DNA of 56,264 bases, filler included, from Platydemus manokwari (lineage: Eukaryota): NCBI GenBank assembly GCA_037951405.1. It is 5 parts of 5 records of this genome, joined end to end, with 100 filler letters (N's around TTAATTAATTAA, not from the genome) between each part and the next. Parts side by side here need not be neighbours in the genome. Positions count along the whole stretch, not along the records: positions 1 to 12,881 come from JBBMOY011928050.1; positions 12,982 to 23,641 come from JBBMOY011115774.1; positions 23,742 to 32,948 come from JBBMOY011283095.1; 2 more parts are not named here. One strand, 5' to 3'. The position numbers and the translations under genes are program-made. Numbering within the stretch: the stretch's first letter is position 1; each line of letters starts with the position of its first letter. The notes under the pieces are model-generated. The model was given only the letters and a program-made list of their open reading frames with translations, was not told the origin of the DNA and searched no databases. Shown one piece after another: positions 10,801 through 24,231 of the stretch.

Positions 10801-13800
10801 ATCCGATAATCAATAATAAACGATAAAAGAGTTGCACAGTTTTAATGTGCTTTTGTATTAATTTTGTATCTTATTAATCAATAAATGTATTATTGAATTA
10901 ATTGAAAAATATTTTATTGATTTTTGGTCAATAATGTCTCTGTCATTCAGATATTGACATTGTATTCATATTTTTTAATTGGTACATCCGACTTTAACCA
11001 TCCCAGAAAATAATTTTTCAGCTGTGGGCGATATTGAAGTAAAATGCAAGCATGAGATTGTTTGGAGAAACAAAAAGCAAAAACCCAAGAGATTCAGAAG
11101 AATTAACGATGTGAAGATCAATGATATACTCCGATAGTGAAATAGAGGAGAACGAAAAGATGTCCATAACTGTTATTTCATATGAACAACGGAAAAAGAG
11201 GAATACGGAAACAGTATCGGCATGATACCGTACAACATTCGATAAATATGAACTAACAGAAAATGAAAAGATAAAGACAAAGAAATATTGGTAACTGCCA
11301 CTAAATCTTGTTCGTATATGATAAAATCTCGAAAGTCTGATGTTAGATAAATCCAAATCAAAAATATTTGAAAATTATTTCTTCTAAATTCTTGGGTTCG
11401 AAAGCTGTCATATCACCTCAGCATTCGGGTTGTAAGCATTAATTCTGAAGAAATTAGTTCCTTGATAACATTGTGCGATGTTGGAACCGTTGATCATTTC
11501 CTACAATTCTTGTTTGTGGACCATCACGAGGTCTTTGTCGTGGATTATATTCTTACTCGAAACATGTCATTAGGAAATGTAGAATTCGCTTTAGACACGT
11601 TTCTTATGTTTGTATTATTGTGAAGACTGAAGATGCTTTGCATGCGTTTATCTATTACAACTTAACACAAATCATTTTGGTAGTCAATCTTAATCCTGGT
11701 TCATATAATGAGGTGAACATTATCATTTATGAGTTGTTTTTTCCTACAGACCATAAGCCAATCAGTTTAACATTTTAAACAATATCCCTGTGAAATAAAT
11801 GACCTTCATCTGTATTTTCGAACAGCTTGATATGTTTAAAATCTAGACAGTTTGGCATTGCCGCCAATTATCCCTTGAATACTAGTACTAAAGGCTTCTT
11901 GATCTTGTTGGGAGACATGAGAAATAGACCGGTGAACTACAGGTACACAATGGTTTGAGACATGTGTCGTAGTTGCTGTTCTTACGACTCAGGTAGTTAG
12001 GACCTTTATAACAACGTGTGGGTATGTGCTTAAGTTTATTAGTACTGTAAGAATTTACCCCTAACATTATCGACCTGTAGAAGTTATGTAATATTGTACA
12101 GTCATTTGTTAATGATGACCGGAAACCAAGTCCTTTTACTCCGGTTTGATAGATTAGAGTAACTGAAGTAAAAAAACAATCCATAATAACGTTTCCAGAA
12201 TGTTCAGTGATTATGTTGCAGTCGGAAAATCTTGACGTTTATGATATGAACAAAGTGATTCTGTCACACATACCAGTGAGATCATAAATTTTGTTGTAGA
12301 TCACGATCCTATCCCGACCTAAGAAACGATTTAAAGTTTCCTGATAGTATTAAACTACAAGCAAAATTCAAGATCAAGTCAAAGGTGACGGTACAGAAGA
12401 TTTTTATGCAGGAGGTTTACATTAAAAGTGAACCTAACATAAAAGTGATTTGGTCAACTTGAAATTATACTTCAACTCGGACCAGACCCCACTGATGTTG
12501 TACTCTATGAAATTTTAATCAGTGTACTTGATCTTAAGCTTCGGCATATTACCATAGCAGGACTGATAGAAATCTCTAGTTCCAGGATTTTTGTCCAAAT
12601 CGATGAACTGTGCAATGCACTGAGATGATTAAACGGCACTGTTGAACCAAGTCGTTTTAAGAAATCCAAGCAAAAATGGTAACTGTTAATTACTTTGTTA
12701 AAGATTGATGGGTGTTAATATAATAGAGATAAAATCAGATTACAAATGCACAATTTGTAAAGATATTGATTAACGCTGTAAGATCAGAAGACTTTTCTAA
12801 CGCTATATGGTTACCCTAAATCTTCAACTTATCTGGACTCCAAACAGATAAGAGGTTGTTGTTGCTAGAAGGCTCGGGTAANNNNNNNNNNNNNNNNNNN
12901 NNNNNNNNNNNNNNNNNNNNNNNNNTTAATTAATTAANNNNNNNNNNNNNNNNNNNNNNNNNNNNNNNNNNNNNNNNNNNNCCCCTCCAAGCTTATTAGG
13001 TATCGCCCGTAAAATAGCGTAAGCAGATAAAAAATATCATTCAGGTTGAATATGAACAAGTAAAATTATTTAAGGAAAGTTACTCACGTTTAAATGAATA
13101 TTTGCTAAAATTTGCTAAATTAACACAATAATTTCTTTCTCTTGCTCAAGATGCAAATATAAAATTTGTAAAAATATTCTGATAGATGTTTTAATTAAAT
13201 TAAGTCAGAAAGTTTTAGAATCATTAACTTATTCACCTGGATTCCAAGCAAATAAAAGATTTTTGCAGCTAATAATCACCTGAACATAATAATCAAAATA
13301 AATTTGACTTATAAATATTAAATTATAATGCAATAATTGATAATTAAGACACAAGATAATAAAATATTTTAAATTAATTAGGATAATATTATAATATGTA
13401 GTAGATAATTCACAAATCTATTTTAAAAGTACATAACCTCAATAGAACAGTAAAGGGCTTGCCGCATAGGTTGCCGGAGAGGTCTCTAAAAAATAAAAAT
13501 GAAGAACTAAAAGCGAATTTTTTTAAAAGATTTTAAAAGATCATAAAATTAGTGGGAAAAGGTTAATTATAATGACAACAATTAAAAATATGCTAATATC
13601 TGTAAAATTTCAGAGAAATATCTGAAAAATACATTGGCTTCTTGTAGAAAGGATTATAGTTAAAATATAGAATTTACTTTTATTGAAAACAGAACGGATA
13701 ATAACTAAAACTTAAAGTTAAAATTCGATTAAAATTTTTTGTCGATTTATTGAGATACAATTTTTGTGTTAAGAGTGGATGATTTCACTTGCTTTGTTAC

Positions 13801-16800
13801 TAAAATGAGAACTAAAATGTGTGGAAACCTAAAAATAAATTAAATAATTTCTAAAAATAATAAAAAAATAATTTACAAAAAGAAGAAAAGAAAAGACTAT
13901 AAAAAGAAAAACATGATTAATAAAACACCCACTACGATTTTACATAAGCCCACAATTAGGAAAAACGAGAAATCTATCATAATCGATTATGTTAAAAAAG
14001 CGATCGATTATAATTAACAAAGAGTGAAATTATTTTTAAAGTCCTCTTTCTAAACAATAATTTTAATTTTCATTATTTTCATGAATTTAATCTATTCTAT
14101 AATGACCATTTTATCAAAAATTTTAAATAAAATGTTTTAGGCCTCGCCTTCAGTAATCAGCTAAAGTTATTAAATTTCTCTCATCTTACTTATATACTTA
14201 CCGGATTTCGTAGATCCCAACTATCCTAAATTAAAATTCGAGTAACATATCTCTTCAAAGAAGGGATTATTAAAATATAAGACAAAACAATACCCTTTAA
14301 TTTAAAAATCTAACTAAAGAGCCTGGTTATTTGATTACTGATAATTATTGTTTATTGGATTGTCTATTATTGGTAAATTGATATTTTGATGACTAATAAT
14401 TGTAATATTTTGATTTAATGATTATATATTTTCATTTATCCTTATTTGTTTATTTATATTTAAATTATTTTTTATTGTTGCCTCTACTGCGTCTTTGGAA
14501 TCAGGCACAAAATAAATAATGATATTAACCAAATCGTTCTGAAACTTGTACAACTAGTAAAACTAAACAATATTTTCAATTGTTTTTATCAAATTTAAAA
14601 TAAAGTTTTAAATTGTACAATAAATTTTTGTTATATTATTTTATTATTTTATAAATTATAATATTATTTCTCCATAATAGACATATATATCTTTTATAAA
14701 TTAAAATGTTTTATATTTATTTTGTACAGACCTTTTGAATTTACTGCTACTTACGTTTCTTTGGTATTTCATACAATACCCAATAATTGTGTGGCATTAC
14801 ATCAGGTAAATCTTCACTGTGAAATTGATTTGGTAAAATTTAAAGTTTAATCGTATTAAATAACAAATAATGTTTGGTTTGATATTATCTTTCAAATAAA
14901 AATTTTTAATTTTATTTATATTATTTTATTTGAATACGAGGTGAATGCTTCTTATTTATCTTATAAATACTGTTAACATTAATATGTATACGTGCCAGAG
15001 GAAGTTTCTGTTAAAATCCAAAAATGATAATAAATTTAAAATCATTTGTTGTTCTCTTCATATTGCTTGTATATTCTCATAGAATTAAGTTTCTGGTTTA
15101 TATAATGGTGTAATTAATTCTTACGTTGTCATGAAAACAGACTTATTTGCAAAAGTGATTTTAATTTTGAATTTTTAATTATTATTACATTTTTTACTGT
15201 TTATTGTGGTTATAAGTTTTATATTTTCCATTGATTTTATGAGTGCCAATTATATCCAGTAAATCAATGTTAAAGAAAATAATTGAATTGAATACATATT
15301 AATGCGATATCCGAAATCGTATACAACAAAATTTTAAATTCGGAAATGCAACACTGATTTCAATGGAAATATTTTATTTCGTATTAAAGAAATTCTCTAA
15401 ATTTCGAGATGTTAATTGCAAAGCCTTTCACTAAACCAGGCTTAGAGTTTAAATAACAATATTCTGCTAAAATAATTTAAATATTAAAATTTTATTGAGT
15501 TTTAAAATTCAATGCATGATTTATATACAATTTCAAATTATTTATTTTGTAAAAAATCGATCATCTCAAAATAAAGTGCTTATTTTATTTGAAAATGATT
15601 CCAACGCCTTTGTTAAATTAATGCTGGAGTCTTTGATTAGAAACAACTGAATAATAATTAGTGACTCCAAAAACAGGATATGAACTTTATTTCTATATAG
15701 GGTAATAATCAGTAAGATTTAGAAAATAACACGAATATAATCAAACTCAATTCGCAACTGATATTCATATTATTAAATACGACAATAAAATCGGACACCA
15801 AATAAAACAACCAAAACTTGGCTCCCAACTGGCAGTTTTTGCCAAGAATGAACGCTTTTCATATTGTCATTGCACATCATATTAAATTAATCCATTTAAA
15901 CAAATTGTTCTAGAACATTTTATCAATTTTTTGATTTAACTAAATTATTAATGAATTTTTCATAGAATATTTATTCAGAATTTTTAAATATTTTTTCAAA
16001 GTTTATTTTTTAAATACTACAGATATTGATGAAATATAATATTTATGAATATATGAAAATATGAAATTTTTTGATAAATATTGTTAATTATTAAAACATA
16101 AAATGTAATGAAATATTTATTTTATAGTTAGAAGGGGTACGATTTGAGCGATCAGCATCGGAAAATGTTGCTATTGAAGATGCGTTAAAAATGAGGACAA
16201 GACGGCAATCTGTAATATCAAAGCACTTTTTGACATTAAACAAATGGCTGATAAATCATTTTTTTCAATATTTTTAACTTATTATTTTTTATCAATTTTT
16301 TAACGTTATCTGAAACAGTTAGAATTTTGTCTATCATGATTTCGAAAATTTTGTTATTGAAAATAAAGTACAAATCATAAATGAATTAATAATTATAATG
16401 ATTAGTTGCAACAATATTTTTGAAAATATAGATGACACCAATTTCTTGAATTTTCACCTATCTAAAAGTAAAATATATATCTGGGAAAAACTCATCTTAA
16501 TTATATGAAATTATAAACAATCTCTATAATAAGCATGCTAATTTAATATAAAATCGACTAAAAAAAATAAATTAAGTAGAAAATTAATAAAATTTCAAAA
16601 TATAAATAAATGTCCTGATCCTTGTAAGTCGCTACTATTTTAAAAGCAAATATTGAACATAGATCAGATAGTCACTAGTCATAAAATTATATTAAACAAA
16701 TTATTATTTTCAATATAAATTTTGGATAATTTTTTTTGATTAATTAATTTTGTTTTACAATAACTATTAAAAATCAGAACAAAAAATTTAAATTTATTGA

Positions 16801-19800
16801 AGTAAATAAAAAATTATTAAATTCTGAAGAAAGTTGTAAAAAATTTACATGAATAAATCTTTATATTAGATTATATAAATCAAGAACTTTCAGAATCCAT
16901 CATCCAAAAATTTCAAGTTATCGAAAATCTATTTTACAAGGTCAAAAATTATCTGAAGATTTGTGAACTCTATACAGGAATGTTACCTCCTCTAGAAAAA
17001 AGTAAGATGTCAATAACTATTATTTCTAAATTTAATGAAATATAAACCCTTCAGAGTAAAAAGAATTTAAAAATTTTCGATGATTGTGTTGCAGAGAAAA
17101 ACCAAGAAATAATACCTGTTTATTATAAAAGAGGAAGACATGGCAAATGTAATAGTATTTACTTAACACAACGTTGGTATGAATAACCAAGAAAGAAAAT
17201 CAGGATGAATTCAAATTTTATTATTTTATTTAAATTAGATAAAATTGATAGATTAAATGTATTCTGCTTAATTTTCGAACACCATATAAAAAACAGATTT
17301 TAACTTTCTTTTAAATAAACAATTGAGAATATAAAAATGTTTATAGTTTATAAATTTGATAATAGTTCATTAAACAATATGAGAGATGTTCAAGAAATGA
17401 TTAATTCAAAAGAACGAATATATTAATGAGAAGGGTGATGGTATGAGAGATAATATCTTAGAAAATGTATTGATGACGTTAAAAAGAATTTTGAAAAAGA
17501 AATTGGTGAAATAGATAAAAAGATGAGGATTTCTACTTATATATCATGTGCGAGATTTGAAAAATTAAAAGATAACAAACAGTGCACTGATAAACTTGAT
17601 TTATTTTGTAAATCGATAATTACAATGATAAATGATAATAAAAAAATTAATGCAAAGGTAATAAAATTAATCTCAGAAAAACCTAAAATTTTGAAGTTTA
17701 TAGAATGAAAAACGGAAGCAGAATTAATTGTTATAAACCTGGAGATATGATTCGTCATTATAGTTCACCTTAAAATTTTGAGATATATCTTAAATAAAAT
17801 AATAAACTAAACAGCGTAAATTGGTTTTGTTTCTAGGAATATTATAATAGCAAAATTTAAAAATCGCACGAGTTTTATCAAATCTTTAAACAAATCTACT
17901 TTTTATCTTACTTCCCTCTCCCGTTGTTTTTGAGATCTTTTTTAGCCACTCAGTTCTTCGAAGTTTTGGATGACCTGGAAATCAAAAGGCACTTTATGTG
18001 AGCTTCAAAATTTCAAAATTATGTGAGAACATTCATAACGATCTCGTTCTTCTTTATCTTCGGTAGTTCTTTCTTCACTTCTTCTCCAACAGCGAATATT
18101 CTACAACCTGTTTTAGCATCGAATTTCCTTAAGTTTGTGGCTGGTTTTTCGTTTCTTTGATGATCTGGTTGTGGTGACTTGGTTTGTTTAGTCTTAACCT
18201 ATGCACATTAATTCTTCTACCAAACAATATTTGAAAAGTAGAATATAGAATTGATCTCTGATATTTTGAATTAATGATAAATTATATATGAGCCGTTTTT
18301 CTGATGCCAGCGTTCTTACCACCACGTCTCGGACCGTCCTGATCAACATTTCTGCTAAGCCATTTGCCTGGTGTTGGTATATGGGGGTAAATTCTTGATT
18401 TAGTCCAAAACGTAACACCAATTCTTTCATTTTCCTTCCTTTGAGGACTCTACTCAGATAAGTGAGCATTGATTTTGGAGCACCATATCTGTAAATCCAA
18501 ATTATTGTTGATAGATTTGAAAATACGGATATCGATTTGTCGAATAAGTGGCACCAAGCTTACTAGCTTGCTGAATCTATCCACAATAACCGACAGATAT
18601 TTCATTATAGTCATAAATTCTCCAAAGTGCGCAACATCAACGACGATCTGTCCTAGAGGTCCAAACTCTTCCTTTGGAATCATAATTTCTTTACTCCATC
18701 CAGTATATACCTACGTTTAGCACAAATATCACTATTCCGTACTTCGTGACATATTTGGCCAGAAGTAAATCTTTTGAATATAATCGACTAATTCCTTATT
18801 ATCGATATGTCACAACTCCTCATAAAAGTATCTCGTTAGTTTTTGTGAATGAACCTCTGGAAAAACAATTCGCTTCTTTCCATTCTCATTATACTCAATT
18901 GATATTTCTCATATTATATTTCTGAAATCATTTTCGAATGGAATCAATGAATCAATATTCTTGTTTCTTAGTTCGTCATTATTTACAATTGAATACCAGA
19001 CAACAATAATAAACCGAATTTTTGGTTTGCCTTCTATAGCACCTTGGTGCTGAGTTAAGCATTATGAACAAAATGTTTCGCCTATCCTTGAGAGTCCATC
19101 CACATTTCCATTATCTGATCCCTTCCGATATTGAAGTTCGAAATTGAACCCGGATAAGTTTGCAAACCATGTTTGAAACTGAGGACTAATCGGTTTGTTA
19201 GTTTTCTTCATGTATGTCAAAACTTTGTGATCAGTGTGAGTCACAAATTTATTGCCTTCTTCTTTGACGCAATAACATTTTTAACATATGTCATCCAGCT
19301 GGCTTAGAACACCACCAATCGCTCCGAAACTAACGCCCATATCTAAAATCATATCTTTCTTTGGATCCAGAAAGGCCAAAATTGGGGCTGCACGTAGTTG
19401 TTACTTAAGGTTTTTTCTCCTATTCTGTAGTTCACTCCAATTTCTTGTCACTTTCAGTCGTCATCTCGTATAACAGAGCTGTAATTAATGCGTAGTCTTT
19501 GATAAATTGTGTGTAATAATTGCTCAGTCATAGAAACGATCTTAAGTGGATTATGTAACCGGGGTTTATTGCTTCCATAATCTTTACCTTGACGTTATTA
19601 GTTTCTATAGCTTCTATACTAACCGTATGACAAAGGAAATTCAATTTTGTAGTGCTAAAAGCACATTTTCGGGATTGATTTTCAAACCTGATGATTTGAT
19701 TAACCTGCATACCTTGTCCAATTTCTCACTGGATTCCTCTACTGTTTTTCTATACACTAAAATATCGTCCAAATAAACTTTATAAACACCTTTTTAGATC

Positions 19801-22800
19801 AAATCCTTGAATATTGCATTCATTAGGCTCTGAAACTTTGCCAGTGCAATATATAGTCCAAATGGTACTCCTTTAAAATAGAACTGACAAGTTCTAGTGC
19901 TGAACAACATTTTCTACTTAGAATCTTCCTCAACTTTGACCTGATAATATGTTTGACCTAAATCTATAGAGGAGAAAACTGTCACTCCATACACTTCGTC
20001 CAATCACGTTTGGATATCAGGTGCCGGAAAAGAAAATTTCTCAGTTTATTGGCTTAATTTTCTGAAGTATAAACACATCCTGATTGTTCCATCTTTCTTT
20101 GGAACCACGACCGATGGAGAGTTCCAATGAAATATCATTCTTATCAGCAACATTCTTCAATGCCATTTCAATTCTGTCTTGTATTTCTTTCCTACGTCCT
20201 TGGTATCAATTGATTCTATCACTAAAGGAATATTCCACAAGTCTTAATCATATCAACTCCTGCGATAAATCTTGATGAATATTTTTTACTACGATGATCA
20301 CATTTACTAGAATACCGTTTTTCCAAACTATTGGAATCTTCATTTTCTCTAGACACGATTTTTGTGTATTAGAGAATACACCAGCCAATCGAACATCAGA
20401 GTTTTTAATATGCGATTCTCCTACGCGCCTCCAATTACTGTGATTGATGAACCAGAATCCTATAACATTTCAATATGTGTTGCGTTACAATCAATTCTAT
20501 TCCACTGTCTACCAACTGCTTTTTGATACATCTGTGAGTGCTTCATCTTCCTCTCGCGGTCTTCCTTTTTTAGTTATATTTTATCTCTAGTTAATATGTG
20601 CCCTATTGACTCAACATCACTGATGATTTAGGCACAGGAGGTTGATGCCAGTTTTTTCTCTTCCATGGAAAGTGAGCTAACATAATCACATGCTTCAATT
20701 TCGGTTTGAATATCAACTTCCTTTTCTTCATCATGAATGCTCAGTATTTTCCTCGGACTAGGCTTTCTGGATAAATGAAATTCTCTGAACGTATGCCTTT
20801 TTATTCCGCAGTGGACATTCAAACTTCCGGTGTTCAAGCTCACTACAGCAAAAGCAAGCTTCTGGTTTTAAATAATCACCACATGGTGAAGGTTTTCCTC
20901 TACAGTCGTTGTAGAATTTAGACGCAATAGCTTTCATTGATCTTGTTGGAGATTCCATGTGATTAACTGGTACACGATCACAAAAATCTCTTCCCTGCAC
21001 GATTAGGCTTGGTTTTTGTAAGAAGTCTATTTTTGGAAAATTTTCCTAGGATTACTTTCATATACCGACTGGGCATATGTCTTCTTGATGACGTTTACTG
21101 GCTTCCTCGGACTTCGCTTTTTTAAATTGACTCCTAACTGCCTTCTTCAATCGTCGGACATTGTAGAGTCGAGAGTGAAAGACTTTTTCAGTTTCTTGCT
21201 ATTTAGACATTATAGAATAAGTAGTATTGAAATTTCGTTAAGATTGTGTTTCTTGTATACCTCCTTCACAAGTTTCTTTACTTCTCATTTGCCCAGATTT
21301 TGACGTTACCATACACTGTCTTGGCATATGATAAAGTTTCTAAAAACCAATTATCATCTCTTAACAGCATACCAAATGCAAATAATAAATCCACTTGGTT
21401 AAATGCTGCAAAATCCTTCGTTGATTGGAACCATGTTCAGGGTCTTGAAATGATGCATTGAAGAACGAGGCATTTGGAATCAATAACTCTTGAGTTTTTT
21501 GCTGCAGATTAGTAAAGATTTTCTGTCTCTCTTCTTGTTTGGGTCTCGTTACAGCATTTATTTCGATGTGGTCGACAATAAAAAAAACCTTTAATTCCAT
21601 CACAAACATTAATTACAATTTGAAAAAGTATGTTGTTCAGAAAATTTAAGCAAATTGAATTTCCAATATTATCCTACTGGACTTAATTGCAATCCATTCT
21701 ATTAATATTTTTACCATTTAATTCATCTCTAAATTTTCCAGTTACTTTTTAATTTATTGTCTTATATAATGGATGATCTTTATTATAATCTGAGAAATCA
21801 AATTCATTCTTTAATTCTTCATCATTAGTTAAATCTTCTCAAATATCCTCTGTTTTGATATTTAATTTGTATGAATCGATGCCTATATATAATATTTCAA
21901 TATTTTCTTTATACATTAGTTTTAAAATATTATAAAATTCATACATTAATAATTTGTTTAACTCTAAAATGCAAAATCCTAAATAAATTGATTTATTTAA
22001 TTTCACTTGTTCCTTATGATAATGAATTGCAAATATTCCCTCATTAAATTTTGTAAATATTTTAACAGTTGGTTTGGTATATTGTTTTTTAGATTTAATA
22101 GGATCAGTAAATAATCTTATGTTTACTGGGAGTTTTCTAATATTTTCTATTGTTTTCCAAAAAATAAAAAAATTCATTAATTTCCATATATCTATTGCAA
22201 AATTACCTGTTCCTTTATTTCTTAGATCTGTATTTGATTAAATATATTCTTTCAACCATGATTTCTAATCAAACATTAATATTCGGTTTATTTCTTTTTT
22301 TCATGTCCATCTTTAAATAAAACTGAAGATTCCTATAATGAACAGCGCAATTAGTTTTATCTGTTTGATAACAAATTAATAATTTAGATACAGGTTTTTT
22401 TCTTTTTAAATTGTTCTTTTGTCTTTCATTTAACATTTCAAAATTTACTTTTTTCTGGATCTAATTGAAAATCTTTTGTTTTTTCTTTACATTTGTTTGT
22501 AAATTCTTAATCAACTTCTAAAATTGATTCTTGTTCTGAATCAGGTGGTAATTGTTTTAATATTGAAGTAAATTCTTTAAAGTTTATTTTATGTTTATCT
22601 TCTTGTTCTATTCAATAAAAATTTTAATAAGGTAATGCTTTACTCATTGCACATTCATACAAATTGTTTGCACTAATATATAATAAACAATTATTACCAA
22701 ATGTTTTGAGTCGTTTGCTTTGTTATTCATAATTTCTAATAATTTTTCAGCTACATATTTATTAATTATTTTTATAGTTTTCACATCCAGGATTTGCAAA

Positions 22801-24187
22801 TTTATTATTTACTTTGACATATTTTTTTCCCATTTCTAATGATATTCCATCTCTAATTCTTTGTTTCATCATTTCATACATGGTTTTATCTGTAAATAAT
22901 TCTAATTTAATGTTAGTTTCTATTAATCCAGATTCTCATATAAAATATAATGGGAAATCTTTTGGTTTCCTTGCTAATAAATTACAATCATCATTTGCAG
23001 CTCCTCTGTGATTGTTTTCTTTGAGATAATGATCATGATATCTAACTTTAATAATTAGTTTTATTGTTAGAATTGGATCCTTAATTGTCTCAGACCAGCT
23101 TAAATTACTAATATATGTTTGTTCGATGAATTCATTTTAACAATAATTACAGTTCTTTTAATTATTAAAGTTTATTTTGTCTTCCTCCACCACATTAATT
23201 TCAAATTTTGATTTTTGTTTTAATTGGAATCTATTTTCATTGTCCATTGGACAAATTTTTTCATACAACTTAATAATTTACTTTCACTTTCAATAAGATC
23301 TGGAATTATTTTTAAATAAAAACAAGAAGGTATTTGGTTGCATTTAAACTTAATTACTTTATCCTTAGATTTATTGACTTCTATATGAACACATTATGTA
23401 TCAGCTACCGTTGTAAATGGAATTGGTATTTGATAGTTTTTATAGTTTTTAAATTTTAAACTACTCTTGTTATATCCTTAGCATACTTACCGCACTCTGA
23501 TGATTAATAAAACTACTTTCTCTTACAAAGTATGAACAAAATTTATCACAAATATTCAATTTTTGATTTGGTCTTAATTCATAACTTAGCTCCCCACTCA
23601 TTAATCGATTGAAATTTTTAATGAGTGCATAATGAAGTACTNNNNNNNNNNNNNNNNNNNNNNNNNNNNNNNNNNNNNNNNNNNNTTAATTAATTAANNN
23701 NNNNNNNNNNNNNNNNNNNNNNNNNNNNNNNNNNNNNNNNNTTTTCCACCTGGTTTACAGGCTGGTTGAAGCAGATAGATTCACTAGGGCTGGAGCGCAC
23801 GTTTGCCACTTGCTTTACAGACGGTCTAAAGCAGATATATTCACTAGGGCTGGATCGCACGTTTGCCACTTGCTTTACAGACGGTCTAAGCAGATATATT
23901 CACTAGGGCTGGATCGCACGTTTGCCACTTGCTTTACAGACGGTCTAAAGCAGATATATTCACTGTGGCTGGATCGCACGTTTGCCACTTGCTTTACAGA
24001 CGATCTAAAGCAGATGTAATCACTGGGGCTGGACCGCATGTTTATCCCTTGCTTTGCGTCTTTTGCGTTGTTCCTCCATCTTCGTTCTTTGGCTATTCTC
24101 TTATGACAACATTCCTTTACGTATTGCCGCACTCCATGAGTAGCGATCGACAGCCAAGTTTTCCCATGTCTCGTGATCTATATAAAG

Positions 24188-24231
<44 letters not shown>

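Noticed and set aside
12926-12937. Recurrent palindrome TTAATTAATTAA (also at the three other gaps) as a biological element
   Set aside because: Always centred in 44+44 Ns; an artificial six-frame-stop linker.
14194-14204. ATACTTACC as a U1 snRNA 5' end
   Set aside because: Downstream sequence lacks the U1 stem-loops and Sm site; it is simply the reverse complement of a donor-like motif.
23742-24057. CRISPR array
   Set aside because: Head-to-tail 60-bp units with no unique spacers, no cas genes, eukaryotic context.
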